A DNA stretch of 64,000 nt from Clostridia bacterium. GTDB lineage: Bacteria > Bacillota > Clostridia > Saccharofermentanales > DTU023. Position numbers and translations under genes: made by a program. Positions 28,466 through 38,165 of the stretch are shown in pieces. How positions within the stretch are numbered: position 1 is the first letter of the stretch; every line of letters starts with the position of its first letter. The DNA is taken from positions 78,779 to 142,778 of the forward strand of contig JAXGRH010000004.1 of assembly GCA_040766025.1 (NCBI GenBank). The letters run 5' to 3'. Under the pieces are notes generated by a model. That model had not been told where the DNA came from and did no database searches. It worked only from the letters and a program-made list of their open reading frames with translations.

Positions 28466-28506
28466 ATGACAAGGCCACCCGCCTCGCCGAAGCGCTGCGG
28501 GTGGCC
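28466..28506 (-). terminator. terminator hairpin after the adhesin gene
   Basis: GGCCACCCGC [14-nt loop] GCGGGUGGCC, a 10-bp GC stem followed by a weak U tract. Confidence 0.5.
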
Positions 28507-28535
28507 CGAATCAGACCTTATTCAGGCTGATGTAG

Positions 28536-30668
28536 CTAGTGTTCTTTTTTGAATCTTGGCAGGACCAAGAGGGCCGCGCCCGTCAACATCAGGATCGCTC
28601 CCATCACCCATAGCAGTGTCGTGTCAAGGTAACCGCCGGTGCTCGGCAGTTCTTCCTCTTCGCCCAAGACAAGCTCATCGGGAACTTTGACCGTCACGAC
28701 GTTTGATTCAATCGCCGGTCGATCGTTCAATGTGATCGTAGCCTTGTTGGGGATGATCCAGTCAACATGATCATCAAGATCCGCGCCGTGCTCGATGTTC
28801 ACTTCGATTAGGAGCGTCAGGCGGCGGCCCGCGATTCTCGCATAGTCGAAGGTTTCATCAAGTGACAGCTTCACCAGGTGATCGTGTGCTTCCACTAAGG
28901 AAGTGAGCGCGACATCCACCACACCCTCCAGCAGTACTTTGACTTCACGGATCGCGAGCACATCCTCTAATTGGTCCACGATCACAAGAGATTCGTAGTC
29001 TTGGACGTTTTCAGGGATGTCCACATGGACACGGTAGACAAAGGGTTCATTCTCGTCTTCCAGATCCTCATGCAACTTTCCGTTCACTGTTTTTTCAATC
29101 GAAGGATCTTCAATCGGAGGCGGAGGCGGCGGAGGCGGCGGAGGAGGATCCGCCGGCGGCTTCACCGTAACGATATTAGACTCATTCACGGGTCCGTCAT
29201 TCAGGACGTAGTACCCCTCATTAGGGACACGGCTTCCTTCATATTCGGACAGGTTCGCGCCACTTCTGATCTTTGCTTCGATCGTGAGGCTTAGGACTTT
29301 GCCTTTGATCTCCCCGAAATCAAACTCACCTGTGAGCATGAGCTCGACTTGCTGACCGAGCACGGTCACATAGGAGAGAAGCGCTGGATCTTCAACGCCA
29401 TCGAGCAATACTTTGACGTCTTGGATCTCTAATACCGGCACAAGCACATCGCCGATGAGAAGCATCTCATAGCCTCTGACATTGTCCGGAATCTTCACGT
29501 TCACGTGGTAGGTGAACACATCGTTCTTATGGGCCAGATCTTCATGCAGTTTGCCGTTGACATCTTTTCTGATATCCGAGTCTTCAATCGGAGGCGTCAC
29601 CGTCACTACATTTGAATCAATGGCCGGATCGTCGTTGAGCTTCACGCTTGCCGTATTAGGCACGGTATCCGCCGCGTATTCGCTAAGATCCGCATCCTCT
29701 TTGATCTTGGCTTCAATGACGAGGGTAATCGTAGCACCCGCGATCGTATCAAAATCAAATTCATCGTCAAGCACAAGCTTCACTTCCTGTCCCACGACCG
29801 TCAGGTAGCCTCCGAGCATTGCGTCTTCAACGCCGTCCAAAAGCACCCTGACGTCTTGAATCTGAAGGACAGATTCAATCATGTCGCGGATGACGAGTTC
29901 CTCGTAGCCTCTGACATTTTTAGGAACTTCAACACTCACGTGATAGCTGAACACCTGATCCCTTGCGGCCAAGTCTTCATGGAGTTTTCCGTTGACATCC
30001 TTTTCAATCTCAGGTTCTTCCACCGGAGGCGTCACCGTCACCACATTTGACTCAATGCCGGGATTGTCGTTCACTTTCACGATGGCCTTGTTGGGCACCG
30101 TGTCATTAATGTACTCAGCGAGGTCAGCATTGTTTTTAATCTTGGCTTGAATGACCAGGGTCACACGTTTGCCGGCCACATCTAGAATGCCATCCTCACC
30201 AATGAGGAGGCTGACCTTCCAGTCGTCAATGTCCACAAGATCGCCGAGATCTTCATCTTCAACGCCGTTTACCTGTACCTTCACGTCCATAATCTGAAGC
30301 ACATTCTCGAGCGTGTCGCTGATGAGAAGTGACTCATAGCCCCGGATGTTCTCGGGTACATCGACGTGGACCGTGTAAATGAAGGGTTCATCTCTTTCTT
30401 CCAAGTCGACATGGTTTTGTCCGTTGATTTCCTTTTTGATGCCTGGGTCTTCCACAGGCGGCGTCACGGTCACCTCATTCGACTGGGTCTCGGGACGGTC
30501 GTTAATTTGGTAGCTTCCCTTGTTGGGAATGGTTTCATTTTCGTAGCCACTAAGGTCCGCGCCATCTCGAATCTGCGCTTTAATGACCAAGGTAATGGTC
30601 TTGCGCGCGAACTGCCCCATCTCACTTTCATTCAACGTCAAGGAAATGGTCTGGCCTGTAATATCCAC
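28536..30668 (-). CDS. C-terminal fragment of a giant LPXTG-anchored surface adhesin (about 4.5 isopeptide/pilin-like domain repeats plus sorting signal)
   Basis: Repeating ~145-aa units: P.E.P.I.K.VNGK.HEDL....F.Y.V.V..P.NV.GYE.L.I.D......I.DVKVLL.GVED...PN.A.V.LND.P...SNVVTVTPP. The C-terminus is LPSTGG + TM + RFKKEH. The 'start' at 30668 is only an internal GTG created by the upstream lesion. Confidence 0.8.
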   Translation of the reverse strand: MDITGQTISLTLNESEMGQFARKTITLVIKAQIRDGADLSGYENETIPNKGSYQINDRPETQSNEVTVTPPVEDPGIKKEINGQNHVDLEERDEPFIYTVHVDVPENIRGYESLLISDTLENVLQIMDVKVQVNGVEDEDLGDLVDIDDWKVSLLIGEDGILDVAGKRVTLVIQAKIKNNADLAEYINDTVPNKAIVKVNDNPGIESNVVTVTPPVEEPEIEKDVNGKLHEDLAARDQVFSYHVSVEVPKNVRGYEELVIRDMIESVLQIQDVRVLLDGVEDAMLGGYLTVVGQEVKLVLDDEFDFDTIAGATITLVIEAKIKEDADLSEYAADTVPNTASVKLNDDPAIDSNVVTVTPPIEDSDIRKDVNGKLHEDLAHKNDVFTYHVNVKIPDNVRGYEMLLIGDVLVPVLEIQDVKVLLDGVEDPALLSYVTVLGQQVELMLTGEFDFGEIKGKVLSLTIEAKIRSGANLSEYEGSRVPNEGYYVLNDGPVNESNIVTVKPPADPPPPPPPPPPPIEDPSIEKTVNGKLHEDLEDENEPFVYRVHVDIPENVQDYESLVIVDQLEDVLAIREVKVLLEGVVDVALTSLVEAHDHLVKLSLDETFDYARIAGRRLTLLIEVNIEHGADLDDHVDWIIPNKATITLNDRPAIESNVVTVKVPDELVLGEEEELPSTGGYLDTTLLWVMGAILMLTGAALLVLPRFKKEH
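29116..29147 (-). repeat. (GGAGGC/GGCGGA)n simple repeat encoding an 11-proline linker
   Basis: ggaggcggaggcggcggaggcggcggaggagg on the plus strand translates to PPPPPPPPPPP in the adhesin. Confidence 0.9.
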
Positions 30669-31098
30669 GCGGGCCTTGAGATTTCATCTTCAACGCCGTT
30701 TACCTGTACCTTCACGTCCATAATCTGAAGCACATTCTCGAGCGTGTCGCTGATGAGAAGTGACTCATAGCCCCGGATGTTCTCGGGTACATCGACGGAC
30801 CAAATGAAGGGTTCATCTCTTCTTCCAAGTCGACATGGTTTTGTCCGTTGATTTCCTTTTGATGCCTGGGTCTTCCACAGGCGGCGTCACGGTCACTTTA
30901 TCGACTGGGTCTCGGGACGGTCGTTAATTTGGTAGCTTCCCTTGTTGGGAATGGTTCATTTTCGTAGCCACTAAGGTCCGCGCCACTTCGAATCTGCTTT
31001 AATGACCAAGGCAATGGTCTTGCGCGCGAACTGCCCCATCTCACTTTCATTCAACGTCAAGAAATGGTCTGGCCTGTAATATCCACGCGGGCCTTGAG
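30249..31098. repeat. tandem direct duplication of one 432-bp (144-codon) adhesin domain unit; the second copy is 418 bp and indel-riddled
   Basis: Hand alignment of 30249-30680 against 30681-31098. The copies are identical except for about 9 deletion events removing 14 nt, about 5 substitutions, and no insertions in the second copy. Confidence 0.9.
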
Positions 31099-31211
31099 CG
31101 CCAGATCCTCCACCCCGTTCAGCCAGACGGTCACGCCCTTTTCTTCAAGCACGGCCTCAAGGGTGTCAGAGACGACGAAGCTTTCGTATCCTGCAAGATT
31201 GTTGGGAAGGG

Positions 31212-33944
31212 TTACTTCCACGGATAGGTGAATATTTCATCCTTTTGGCTGAGATCTTCATGGCTCTTCCCGTTCACATCTTTTTCGATCACAGGATCGG
31301 AAGTGGGTGGCGTGACAGTAACAATGTTCGACAGAACATCATATTGCTCGTTGAACACAAGCGTGGCTTGGTTCGGCACTGTGTCATTCACGTAAAGGTC
31401 AAGGTTCGCACCTGCCTTAATCTTCGCTTCAATTTCCAATGTGAGCTTCTTGCCCGCAATACTGTTGAAATCGAAGGTGTTGTCCAGGGTCAAGCTGACC
31501 ATCTGGCCGGTTGTGACCGCCTGAGCGCTAAGGCTCGTGTCTTCCGTGCCGTTGAGTAATACTTTCACGCTCACGATGTCGAGCACGTTCTCGAGCGTGT
31601 CACGGATGACAAGCGAGTCGTAACCGTGTACGCGCGAAGGAATAGCCACATTCACCTGGTAGCTGAAGATGTCGTTCCTGTTGAGCAGGTTCTCATGTGT
31701 TTTGCCGTTGACTTCCTTGTCAATCTCTGGGATATCCGGCGGAGGGGTCACCGTCACCTTGTTAGAGGTCACGAAATCGTTATCGTTAAACGAGTACGAA
31801 CCCTCATTGGGAATCTTATCCTCAGCGTAGCCGGAAAGGTCCGCGCCGTTTTTAATTTTCGCTTTGATTTCAAGCGCGATGACTTTGCCGATCAGTTCTG
31901 TAAAGTCCACCTCGGTATCGGTGAAACTCAATGTCACGGTCTGTCCCGACTGCGTGATCAATCCGCCAAGTGTCGGATCTTCCACATTGTTCACAAGCGC
32001 TCTGTAGCCTGTGATGTCAAGTACGCTTTCCAGGGTATCCTGAATGATCAATTTTTCGTACAACTCACCTTCAGGCTGCTGCGGTAAGAGGACCTTCACA
32101 CGATAGGTGAATTCATCGTCCATGGCCGTCAGGTTCTCATGTGTTTTTCCGTTCACATCTTTTGAGATCTGCGGCACTTCCGGGGCAGGCGGTTTGATCG
32201 TCACCGTGTTCGATTCGACCCGTTTATGGTTATAGAGCAGGGTCGCCGTATTGGGGATCTTGCTATCGGGGTATACATTTTTCACCTCGCCGCAAAGGAC
32301 GCAGGCATCAATGCTTGCCTTAAATTCCAAGACCACTTCTTTTTCTTCGATTTCATGGAAATCGCTTTGTTTTAAAAACTTGATCTTGTTGCCGACCACC
32401 GTCAGCTCTCCGGCTTTGACAATGCTTGTCCCATCGACTTTGACATCGACAGAACCCGGAGTAATCTTCAAAAGATCATCGACTTCATCCTCGAAGCCAA
32501 AGCTTGTCATGTTGAAAATGTTCTCAACATAGGTCGAGACCGTGTAGGTCACTTCGTCCCGCACGTGTGAAAGATCCACGTGGTTTTGTCCATTGACTTT
32601 TTTAACCGGCTCGGTCGGCTCTATAAGACAGACCGTATTGGGGTTGCCCGGGACGGTGGGATTGTCAATTTCATAGCGTTTTTGACCTGATCGGCCGGTC
32701 GCGGTGACAGGTGTTTTCTCGGAACCGAAGAACTCAAGTTCCTTCAGTTTGTACGTGATGCGATAGTCGCCATCCTGCGTAACCGAGACATTATTGAGTC
32801 CCGTATGCAGGCCCAGGTTGCCGTTGATGAGCGTGCTGTCTTTATACAGCTTCGATTCCACAACCTGGTAACCGGGCTCAATATTGACTTCAATCCATTC
32901 CTGACTGATTTCCGCAACCAAGGCCTCAAACAGGTTGCCGACGGTGGTGCCGAAGCTTGTCGGGTTATTGAATACTACGTAGTAGTCGTCTGAGGTCGCC
33001 ATCGCCTTCAGCGCGGCCTGTGTGTATGGGCCGACCGTACCATCGTAGTAGCTTTCTCCGTACTGCGACCTTAAGGAAGATAGATCCTGAATAAAGGTTG
33101 AGATCATGTAGTAACCCTGACCTTTAATCTGATTCGCAATGGTGCCCGCCTGGTCAATGGCCGTTTTGTAGTCCTGATATTTCTCATTGAATCCGGTCCT
33201 GTTGGAACCGCCCCAATTTTGATCAAGCCATATCGTGCCATCGTCACCTGGAGAGTCGTCAGGAAGCCTCACGTTCGCAACGCCGTCCGTGACAAGCAAA
33301 AAGACGGTCTCACGAAGAAGGTCGCCTGTGTCACCGAGACTATTGCGTTTCTGATTGTATTCGTTGAGCGCGTATTGCAATCCTCTCGCGGTGGGCGTCG
33401 CACCATTCGCCGTGATCCCACTAATGGCGGTCTTGGCCGTGGGGAAATTGTTGCCCAAGGCGTAACGCGTCTGCACACTCACAGGGCTCCAACCTGAGCC
33501 TGTACCCGTCTGAACGCTACCATCTTTTACTTGATTGCCGCCTTCCGTTTTATACCACTGATAGCGGTTGCCCATCTGATACGTCGTGACCATGACGCGG
33601 TCGCCGTTTGCGGCGCTCAATTTGTCCACAACCGCTTTTAAACCGTCCTTCATGGTTCCGATCGTATTTACGAACGAACCGCTGGCGTCTTGTACGATGA
33701 CCAGGTCAATGTATTTTTGAACCAACGGTCGGGTGAAGCTGATCTCTCCCTCAATTGTTCGGAGACAAAACTCGAGCGGGTCTGTATTCACACTGTTGGT
33801 ATGATCCAGACGCACGAGTTTATCTTCGTTATTTTGCACAGCAATTACATTGTTGGGTAAAATAGGAGAAACCAGATACAGCAGCATGGATATCGCCATG
33901 ACGAGCGCGAAAATAACTTTCGACTTTGTTTTGTGACTGTTCAT
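31212..33944 (-). CDS. N-terminal fragment of the same adhesin: signal peptide, vWA (MIDAS) domain, then repeat domains
   Basis: MNSHKTKSKVIFALVMAISMLLYL is the signal peptide. DLVIVQDASGSF is a DxSxS MIDAS motif. About 4 repeat units follow, identical in type to those at 28536-30668. It ends at a frameshift-generated TAA (31214-31212): the text ...DEIFTYPWK* continues in another frame as VEVTLPNNLAGYESFVVSDTLEAVLEEKGVTVWLNGVEDLALKARVDITGQ. Confidence 0.8.
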   Translation of the reverse strand: MNSHKTKSKVIFALVMAISMLLYLVSPILPNNVIAVQNNEDKLVRLDHTNSVNTDPLEFCLRTIEGEISFTRPLVQKYIDLVIVQDASGSFVNTIGTMKDGLKAVVDKLSAANGDRVMVTTYQMGNRYQWYKTEGGNQVKDGSVQTGTGSGWSPVSVQTRYALGNNFPTAKTAISGITANGATPTARGLQYALNEYNQKRNSLGDTGDLLRETVFLLVTDGVANVRLPDDSPGDDGTIWLDQNWGGSNRTGFNEKYQDYKTAIDQAGTIANQIKGQGYYMISTFIQDLSSLRSQYGESYYDGTVGPYTQAALKAMATSDDYYVVFNNPTSFGTTVGNLFEALVAEISQEWIEVNIEPGYQVVESKLYKDSTLINGNLGLHTGLNNVSVTQDGDYRITYKLKELEFFGSEKTPVTATGRSGQKRYEIDNPTVPGNPNTVCLIEPTEPVKKVNGQNHVDLSHVRDEVTYTVSTYVENIFNMTSFGFEDEVDDLLKITPGSVDVKVDGTSIVKAGELTVVGNKIKFLKQSDFHEIEEKEVVLEFKASIDACVLCGEVKNVYPDSKIPNTATLLYNHKRVESNTVTIKPPAPEVPQISKDVNGKTHENLTAMDDEFTYRVKVLLPQQPEGELYEKLIIQDTLESVLDITGYRALVNNVEDPTLGGLITQSGQTVTLSFTDTEVDFTELIGKVIALEIKAKIKNGADLSGYAEDKIPNEGSYSFNDNDFVTSNKVTVTPPPDIPEIDKEVNGKTHENLLNRNDIFSYQVNVAIPSRVHGYDSLVIRDTLENVLDIVSVKVLLNGTEDTSLSAQAVTTGQMVSLTLDNTFDFNSIAGKKLTLEIEAKIKAGANLDLYVNDTVPNQATLVFNEQYDVLSNIVTVTPPTSDPVIEKDVNGKSHEDLSQKDEIFTYPWK

Positions 33945-34059
33945 AGGTATCGCTCCAATCTAATGATTTGAAACAACACCTCTTTTGGTATCTTCCTCAC
34001 CGGGATAGTAGACGCCAAGTGTGAATAGACTGTTAAATCAACGTTATCTGTAACTTGGG

Positions 34060-35184
34060 TTATTTGAGCATGGCTTCGTCGTACATCGACAGCAGTTCCT
34101 TTGAGGGTGCTATTTTAAGTTCCTTTTCCAGCAGCGCTTTGTATTCGTTAAAAAAATGAGCCAGCTCGCTTCGTCTATTTTGGCGACTCAAAATCGCAAT
34201 GATAAGCCCTGCCCCTTGTTCGCTCACAGAATTCAAATACGTCAAAAGCGCGAGACTCTCATCTGAAAAAGTAAAATGTCCCTCACGAAGCCTCTGTGCC
34301 ATATAGCCCGACACGACCGTGAAGGCCCTGTTTCGCAGCTGGTGCTGGGTCGAAAGCGCCCAATCGTAAAGCTCATCGCCGAGAAAATCGCGCTTATAAA
34401 GTCTTGCGATTTCATCGAGTTCCTTGTCATCCGCCAAACCCTTCAAAAGAAGTGTCTCCACTCTTTCCAAATCACTCATAAGAGACGTTGCCAAGCGATA
34501 TTTATTTTGTGAAAAAATGATGGATTCACTAAACCCAAGATCAGCCAATCCGCGCCGCAATTGATAGACAGTGGTATGCAAAAGTGCCAATGCTTTCGCC
34601 TCATCCCTTTCAGGAAATATCTTTTCGATGATGACACTTTTATTGGCCTTCCTATCATCCGTAAGCCACAGGTAATAGAAGAGTTCCCGCGCTTTTTTAG
34701 TGCGCCAAAGCATCCGTTTTCCGTCCTGATTGCGAACTTCCAAATGGTCGAAGCTGACGATATGAAGATGTTGGCCTTCCGGCTCAACCTCATCTTTTCC
34801 GTTAATTCTGGCCTGCCGCGTCGTTACCAGGCGCTCGATCGCCTGATCAAGTCTCTTTTTTTGGACCGGCTTCAAAAGATAATCAATGGCATTCACATCG
34901 AAGGCCTGAACCGCGTAATGGGCATAGGCGGTGACAAAGATGATATCCACAAAATGCTGCTGATTGAAAAGATCCGCCATCGTCAAACCGTCGATGTATC
35001 CCATCTCGATGTCGAGAAATATGACGTCGGGTTTCACACGCGCGATTTCAGCCAACGCGGCCTCCGGTTTCGTATAACTGGCGACAATTTTGATATTCTT
35101 GTAATGCTCCAAAAGAGACGACATGACCTTGATCGCATGGGGCTCATCGTCGACAATAATCGCTTTCATGACACGGTTTTTCAT
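34060..35184 (-). CDS. response regulator with REC + winged-helix + BTAD (SARP-like) output (COG3947 type)
   Basis: IIVDDEPHAIK...DVIFLDIEMGYIDGL...DYLLKP is the receiver domain. LWRTKKARELFYYLWL is the wHTH, followed by a helical BTAD-like tail. ATG at 35184 follows GGAGGAA. Confidence 0.7.
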   Translation of the reverse strand: MKNRVMKAIIVDDEPHAIKVMSSLLEHYKNIKIVASYTKPEAALAEIARVKPDVIFLDIEMGYIDGLTMADLFNQQHFVDIIFVTAYAHYAVQAFDVNAIDYLLKPVQKKRLDQAIERLVTTRQARINGKDEVEPEGQHLHIVSFDHLEVRNQDGKRMLWRTKKARELFYYLWLTDDRKANKSVIIEKIFPERDEAKALALLHTTVYQLRRGLADLGFSESIIFSQNKYRLATSLMSDLERVETLLLKGLADDKELDEIARLYKRDFLGDELYDWALSTQHQLRNRAFTVVSGYMAQRLREGHFTFSDESLALLTYLNSVSEQGAGLIIAILSRQNRRSELAHFFNEYKALLEKELKIAPSKELLSMYDEAMLK

Positions 35185-37090
35185 GGATTCCTCCAACTCG
35201 TATTTCCACCGTCAGCCCCTGCCCGGGCTGACTGATCAACTGCACCGAGCCGTTGGGCATCAGGTTGATTTTGTTCAAAATATTTTGCAACCCGAGGCGC
35301 TCCGACTCACCCTTCATAATCTCATGCATTTTTTGGGGTGTCATGCCTTCGCCATCATCGGAAATAGCGATCATGACGCCACCTTTGTCCGCCTTTTTGA
35401 CCGTGATTTTAACGGTTCCCGGGGTCCCTTTCGGAACAATGCCGTGCCTCACCGCATTTTCCGCGATGGGCTGCAAGGTGAGCGGCGGAATTTTGGCGCT
35501 AAGGGATTCATCAATGTCGTAGACTAGATTCAAGCGATCGCCGTAACGCATTTTCTCAATCTCAAGATAGGCCATCGCCATCTCGATTTCATCTTCTAAC
35601 GGGATCAGGCCTTTTTGCAAATGCAAATCCATTTTGCCGCGAAAGTACACCGCCAGATAATTAAGTGCCTCTCTTGTTTTTTCAGGCTCCTCGTAACTCA
35701 AACCGATAATCGTATTCAGCGTATTGTAGAAGAAATGAGGCGATATCTGAGAGAAAAAATACCGAAATTCCTTTTCTAGTCGCTCGTCCGTCAATTCGGT
35801 CGCATCCACATATTCCAAATGCAAGCGGTTCCCGATGAGCAACGCCATCCCCATCATCACAAAGAGAAGAATAAGGTCAGAATAGTACGTCAACTTGAGG
35901 TTGAACAGGATCTTGGCAATCATGTTCACCCAATAGGCGATCAATCCTGCCGCCACGACAAGAATGTAGTTGATCGAACGGGCCCCTTTTTTCATGGCTT
36001 TCAATAAGGTAAAAGTCGAATAGCCAAGTGAGAGCGCCACGCTGATGACGACAAGAAGCTGCAGGATATCCACCGCTGGAAACCCCTCAGACAAAAGGAA
36101 AACAGAAACCAAGCCGAGCAGGAGCGCGCTCTGAAAGATTGACAGCGCAAGGCAGATTTTCCTGTTCACCATACCTTTGAAAAAATATCGAATAAATAAA
36201 AGAAAAAATATACTTGTACTGAGCATGGTCGTGGTTTGAATGATGGAGCGTTCTCGCAACCCATACTCAAATAACAAGGCTAAGTTTTGGTTGTTCATCG
36301 TGGCCGTATAAATGCCCATCGATAAGCTTCCTAAACTAAAATAGAGCAAGGCTTTCGATCGGCTACGACTAAAATACAATGAGGTGAAAAATAGGCTAAT
36401 CAGAATAAATGACGCCGTGACTAAAAGCTCAAACGCGCGCTCGCGATTCACAAGGCGTTCGATATTGGCAGAGGTGCCAAACAGAATAGGCGTCAAAATA
36501 CCGCCCTGTTTGTAATCGAAGTTTGCCACCTGAATCAATATTTCAATTTCCTCGCCGTGGCTGTGGATAAGACCCGTCAAAAACTTGCTTTCGGGGACAT
36601 AGCTTTCGGCATGCGACGAGGGTTCTCCTAAGGAGGCGACTTTTTCACCGTTCAAAACAATATCGGCCGAAAAACGGATGGTCCCCGTCTTGACAGAATA
36701 AAAGCGGCTCTCATTCACTTTCACAAGGAGTCGGTACGTTCCGAACCCCCGGGCTTCACCGCTCTTGTCCGAAGAGAGATCCCAGGGCGAAGGGACGGTC
36801 ACATATTCGACGCCTGCGAGATCTTCATCGTAGGAGCCGATGAAACGGTTGGGGAAAAACTGCCACTCGCCGTTTAGCTCAACGGTTTTCTCGTGAAGGT
36901 CGACGTCTGAGAGGTCAAGCACCCCTTTTTGGGCGATTCGTTCACTCTTGCCGGGAGGTTGATTCGCCATGATGAGGAATACAACGGACAACAGCAGAAT
37001 ACTGATGGCAAGCGCCAACGCAACATAGTATCCAAGTAGTTCACGGTAGCGACTGTTTGCAGTCATCGCGGACGCCGCCTTCTCATGCAC
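35144..37090 (-). CDS. sensor histidine kinase: 7TMR-DISM extracellular domain + 7TM + LytS/YehU-type His_kinase + HATPase
   Basis: LNGEWQFFPNRF is the 7TMR-DISMED2-like part. About 7 TM helices follow, then FRYFFSQISPHFFYNTLNTI (His_kinase) and ENAVRHG...DDGEGM...GLQNI (ATPase). Overlaps the regulator gene by about 40 nt. Confidence 0.75.
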   Translation of the reverse strand: MHEKAASAMTANSRYRELLGYYVALALAISILLLSVVFLIMANQPPGKSERIAQKGVLDLSDVDLHEKTVELNGEWQFFPNRFIGSYDEDLAGVEYVTVPSPWDLSSDKSGEARGFGTYRLLVKVNESRFYSVKTGTIRFSADIVLNGEKVASLGEPSSHAESYVPESKFLTGLIHSHGEEIEILIQVANFDYKQGGILTPILFGTSANIERLVNRERAFELLVTASFILISLFFTSLYFSRSRSKALLYFSLGSLSMGIYTATMNNQNLALLFEYGLRERSIIQTTTMLSTSIFFLLFIRYFFKGMVNRKICLALSIFQSALLLGLVSVFLLSEGFPAVDILQLLVVISVALSLGYSTFTLLKAMKKGARSINYILVVAAGLIAYWVNMIAKILFNLKLTYYSDLILLFVMMGMALLIGNRLHLEYVDATELTDERLEKEFRYFFSQISPHFFYNTLNTIIGLSYEEPEKTREALNYLAVYFRGKMDLHLQKGLIPLEDEIEMAMAYLEIEKMRYGDRLNLVYDIDESLSAKIPPLTLQPIAENAVRHGIVPKGTPGTVKITVKKADKGGVMIAISDDGEGMTPQKMHEIMKGESERLGLQNILNKINLMPNGSVQLISQPGQGLTVEIRVGGIHEKPCHESDYCRR

Positions 37091-37105
37091 AAAACAAAGC
37101 TATCG

Positions 37106-38029
37106 TCAAATCGTTTGCTGCGCGATCCCCTTGATATTTGAAAGAACCCAGTCAAATTCAGGCGCGGTGACAATCGAATGGCAATAGCTGCATCGCGCGG
37201 ACTGTGTCAGATCAATCGGCGCCCCGCAATGCGGACAATTGCGGCTCACTTCTTGCTTGCCTTCCACACCCGGCGCAGGGGTTTTAACACCGACACTGCG
37301 GATCATGGTCCATTCATAGGTCATAAATTTCTCACGTTTCGGATCACCGCTGACTACATTGCCCGTGTTCCGGTCAATGGTGTAGTCCGTAATCCTCGTG
37401 GTAAGACGGATCAACAGGTTGTCGTTTTGTTCATCCTGATAAAACTGCTTTAAAGCCACGCTCATGATCGCGATGCGTTCAATGCGATTGATCTGGCCGC
37501 GTGTGACGAGCTCTTGCATCTGACGCCACATCTGATTATATAGATCGTCTGTTAAGCGAGCCCGCATAGGCTCCCAATCTTGAGTCTCCCAGGCGCGCTG
37601 CATCTCAGAATACAGATTCGACACCTTTTCCTGCATCTCCGCTTCGGTGAAAAACGGGTCAACCTGGCGGATTTGATCCGCCACGGCCGCAGATTGCGCC
37701 GGCGGAATGGCCGCGACGCTTGTCGGCGCGCTGCTACTCCCTTTTTTCTTACGGGAGAGGACGAAAAAGAGAATGATGATAATGATGACGACAGGGAAAG
37801 GGATCGGAATGCCTCCCACGCTGCTGCCGCCTCCGGTATAACCGTAGTCGCCGCTGCCTGAATCATTCCAACTCGGCGGATCAAAATCAAAGTCGCTGTC
37901 GCCGCCAAAAAAACCGGCATCCAGAGGACTCGGATAAAGAAGCGTTGAGGCACTCGCCGTCACATTGAACAATGCCAAAACACACAGCGCTATCAGTGAC
38001 AAATACAAGAATCGATTCATTCTCTTCAT
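37106..38029 (-). CDS. Tim44-like domain membrane protein with C-terminal zinc ribbon
   Basis: Signal/TM region, Gly-rich spacer, Tim44-like core (FFTEAEMQEKVSNLYSEMQRAWETQDWEPMRARLTDDLY) and CPHCGAPIDL...CSYCHS. ATG at 38029 follows AAAGGAGG. Confidence 0.6.
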   Translation of the reverse strand: MKRMNRFLYLSLIALCVLALFNVTASASTLLYPSPLDAGFFGGDSDFDFDPPSWNDSGSGDYGYTGGGSSVGGIPIPFPVVIIIIILFFVLSRKKKGSSSAPTSVAAIPPAQSAAVADQIRQVDPFFTEAEMQEKVSNLYSEMQRAWETQDWEPMRARLTDDLYNQMWRQMQELVTRGQINRIERIAIMSVALKQFYQDEQNDNLLIRLTTRITDYTIDRNTGNVVSGDPKREKFMTYEWTMIRSVGVKTPAPGVEGKQEVSRNCPHCGAPIDLTQSARCSYCHSIVTAPEFDWVLSNIKGIAQQTI

Positions 38030-38067
38030 ACTTTCCGCCTCCTTTGCCAGTGCCACAATTCTATACT

Positions 38068-38132
38068 AAAAAAGACACCCCTGCCACGCCGGTATCCGTA
38101 AAATCCCGGCGGTGGCTTTAAGGGGTGTCTTT
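38068..38132 (-). terminator. long-stem intrinsic terminator after the dehydrogenase gene
   Basis: AAAGACACCCCU...AGGGGUGUCUUU outer stem with an inner GC stem, followed by UUUUU on the minus strand. Confidence 0.7.
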
Positions 38133-38165
38133 GAAAACGAATCCGTATGGATAGCGTTTATGGCT

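Noticed and set aside
28536-33944. Regular ~430-bp periodic repeats that could be mistaken for a CRISPR or satellite array.
   Set aside because: The period is far too long for CRISPR, and the units are divergent at the DNA level. They translate in one frame into conserved protein domains of an LPXTG adhesin.
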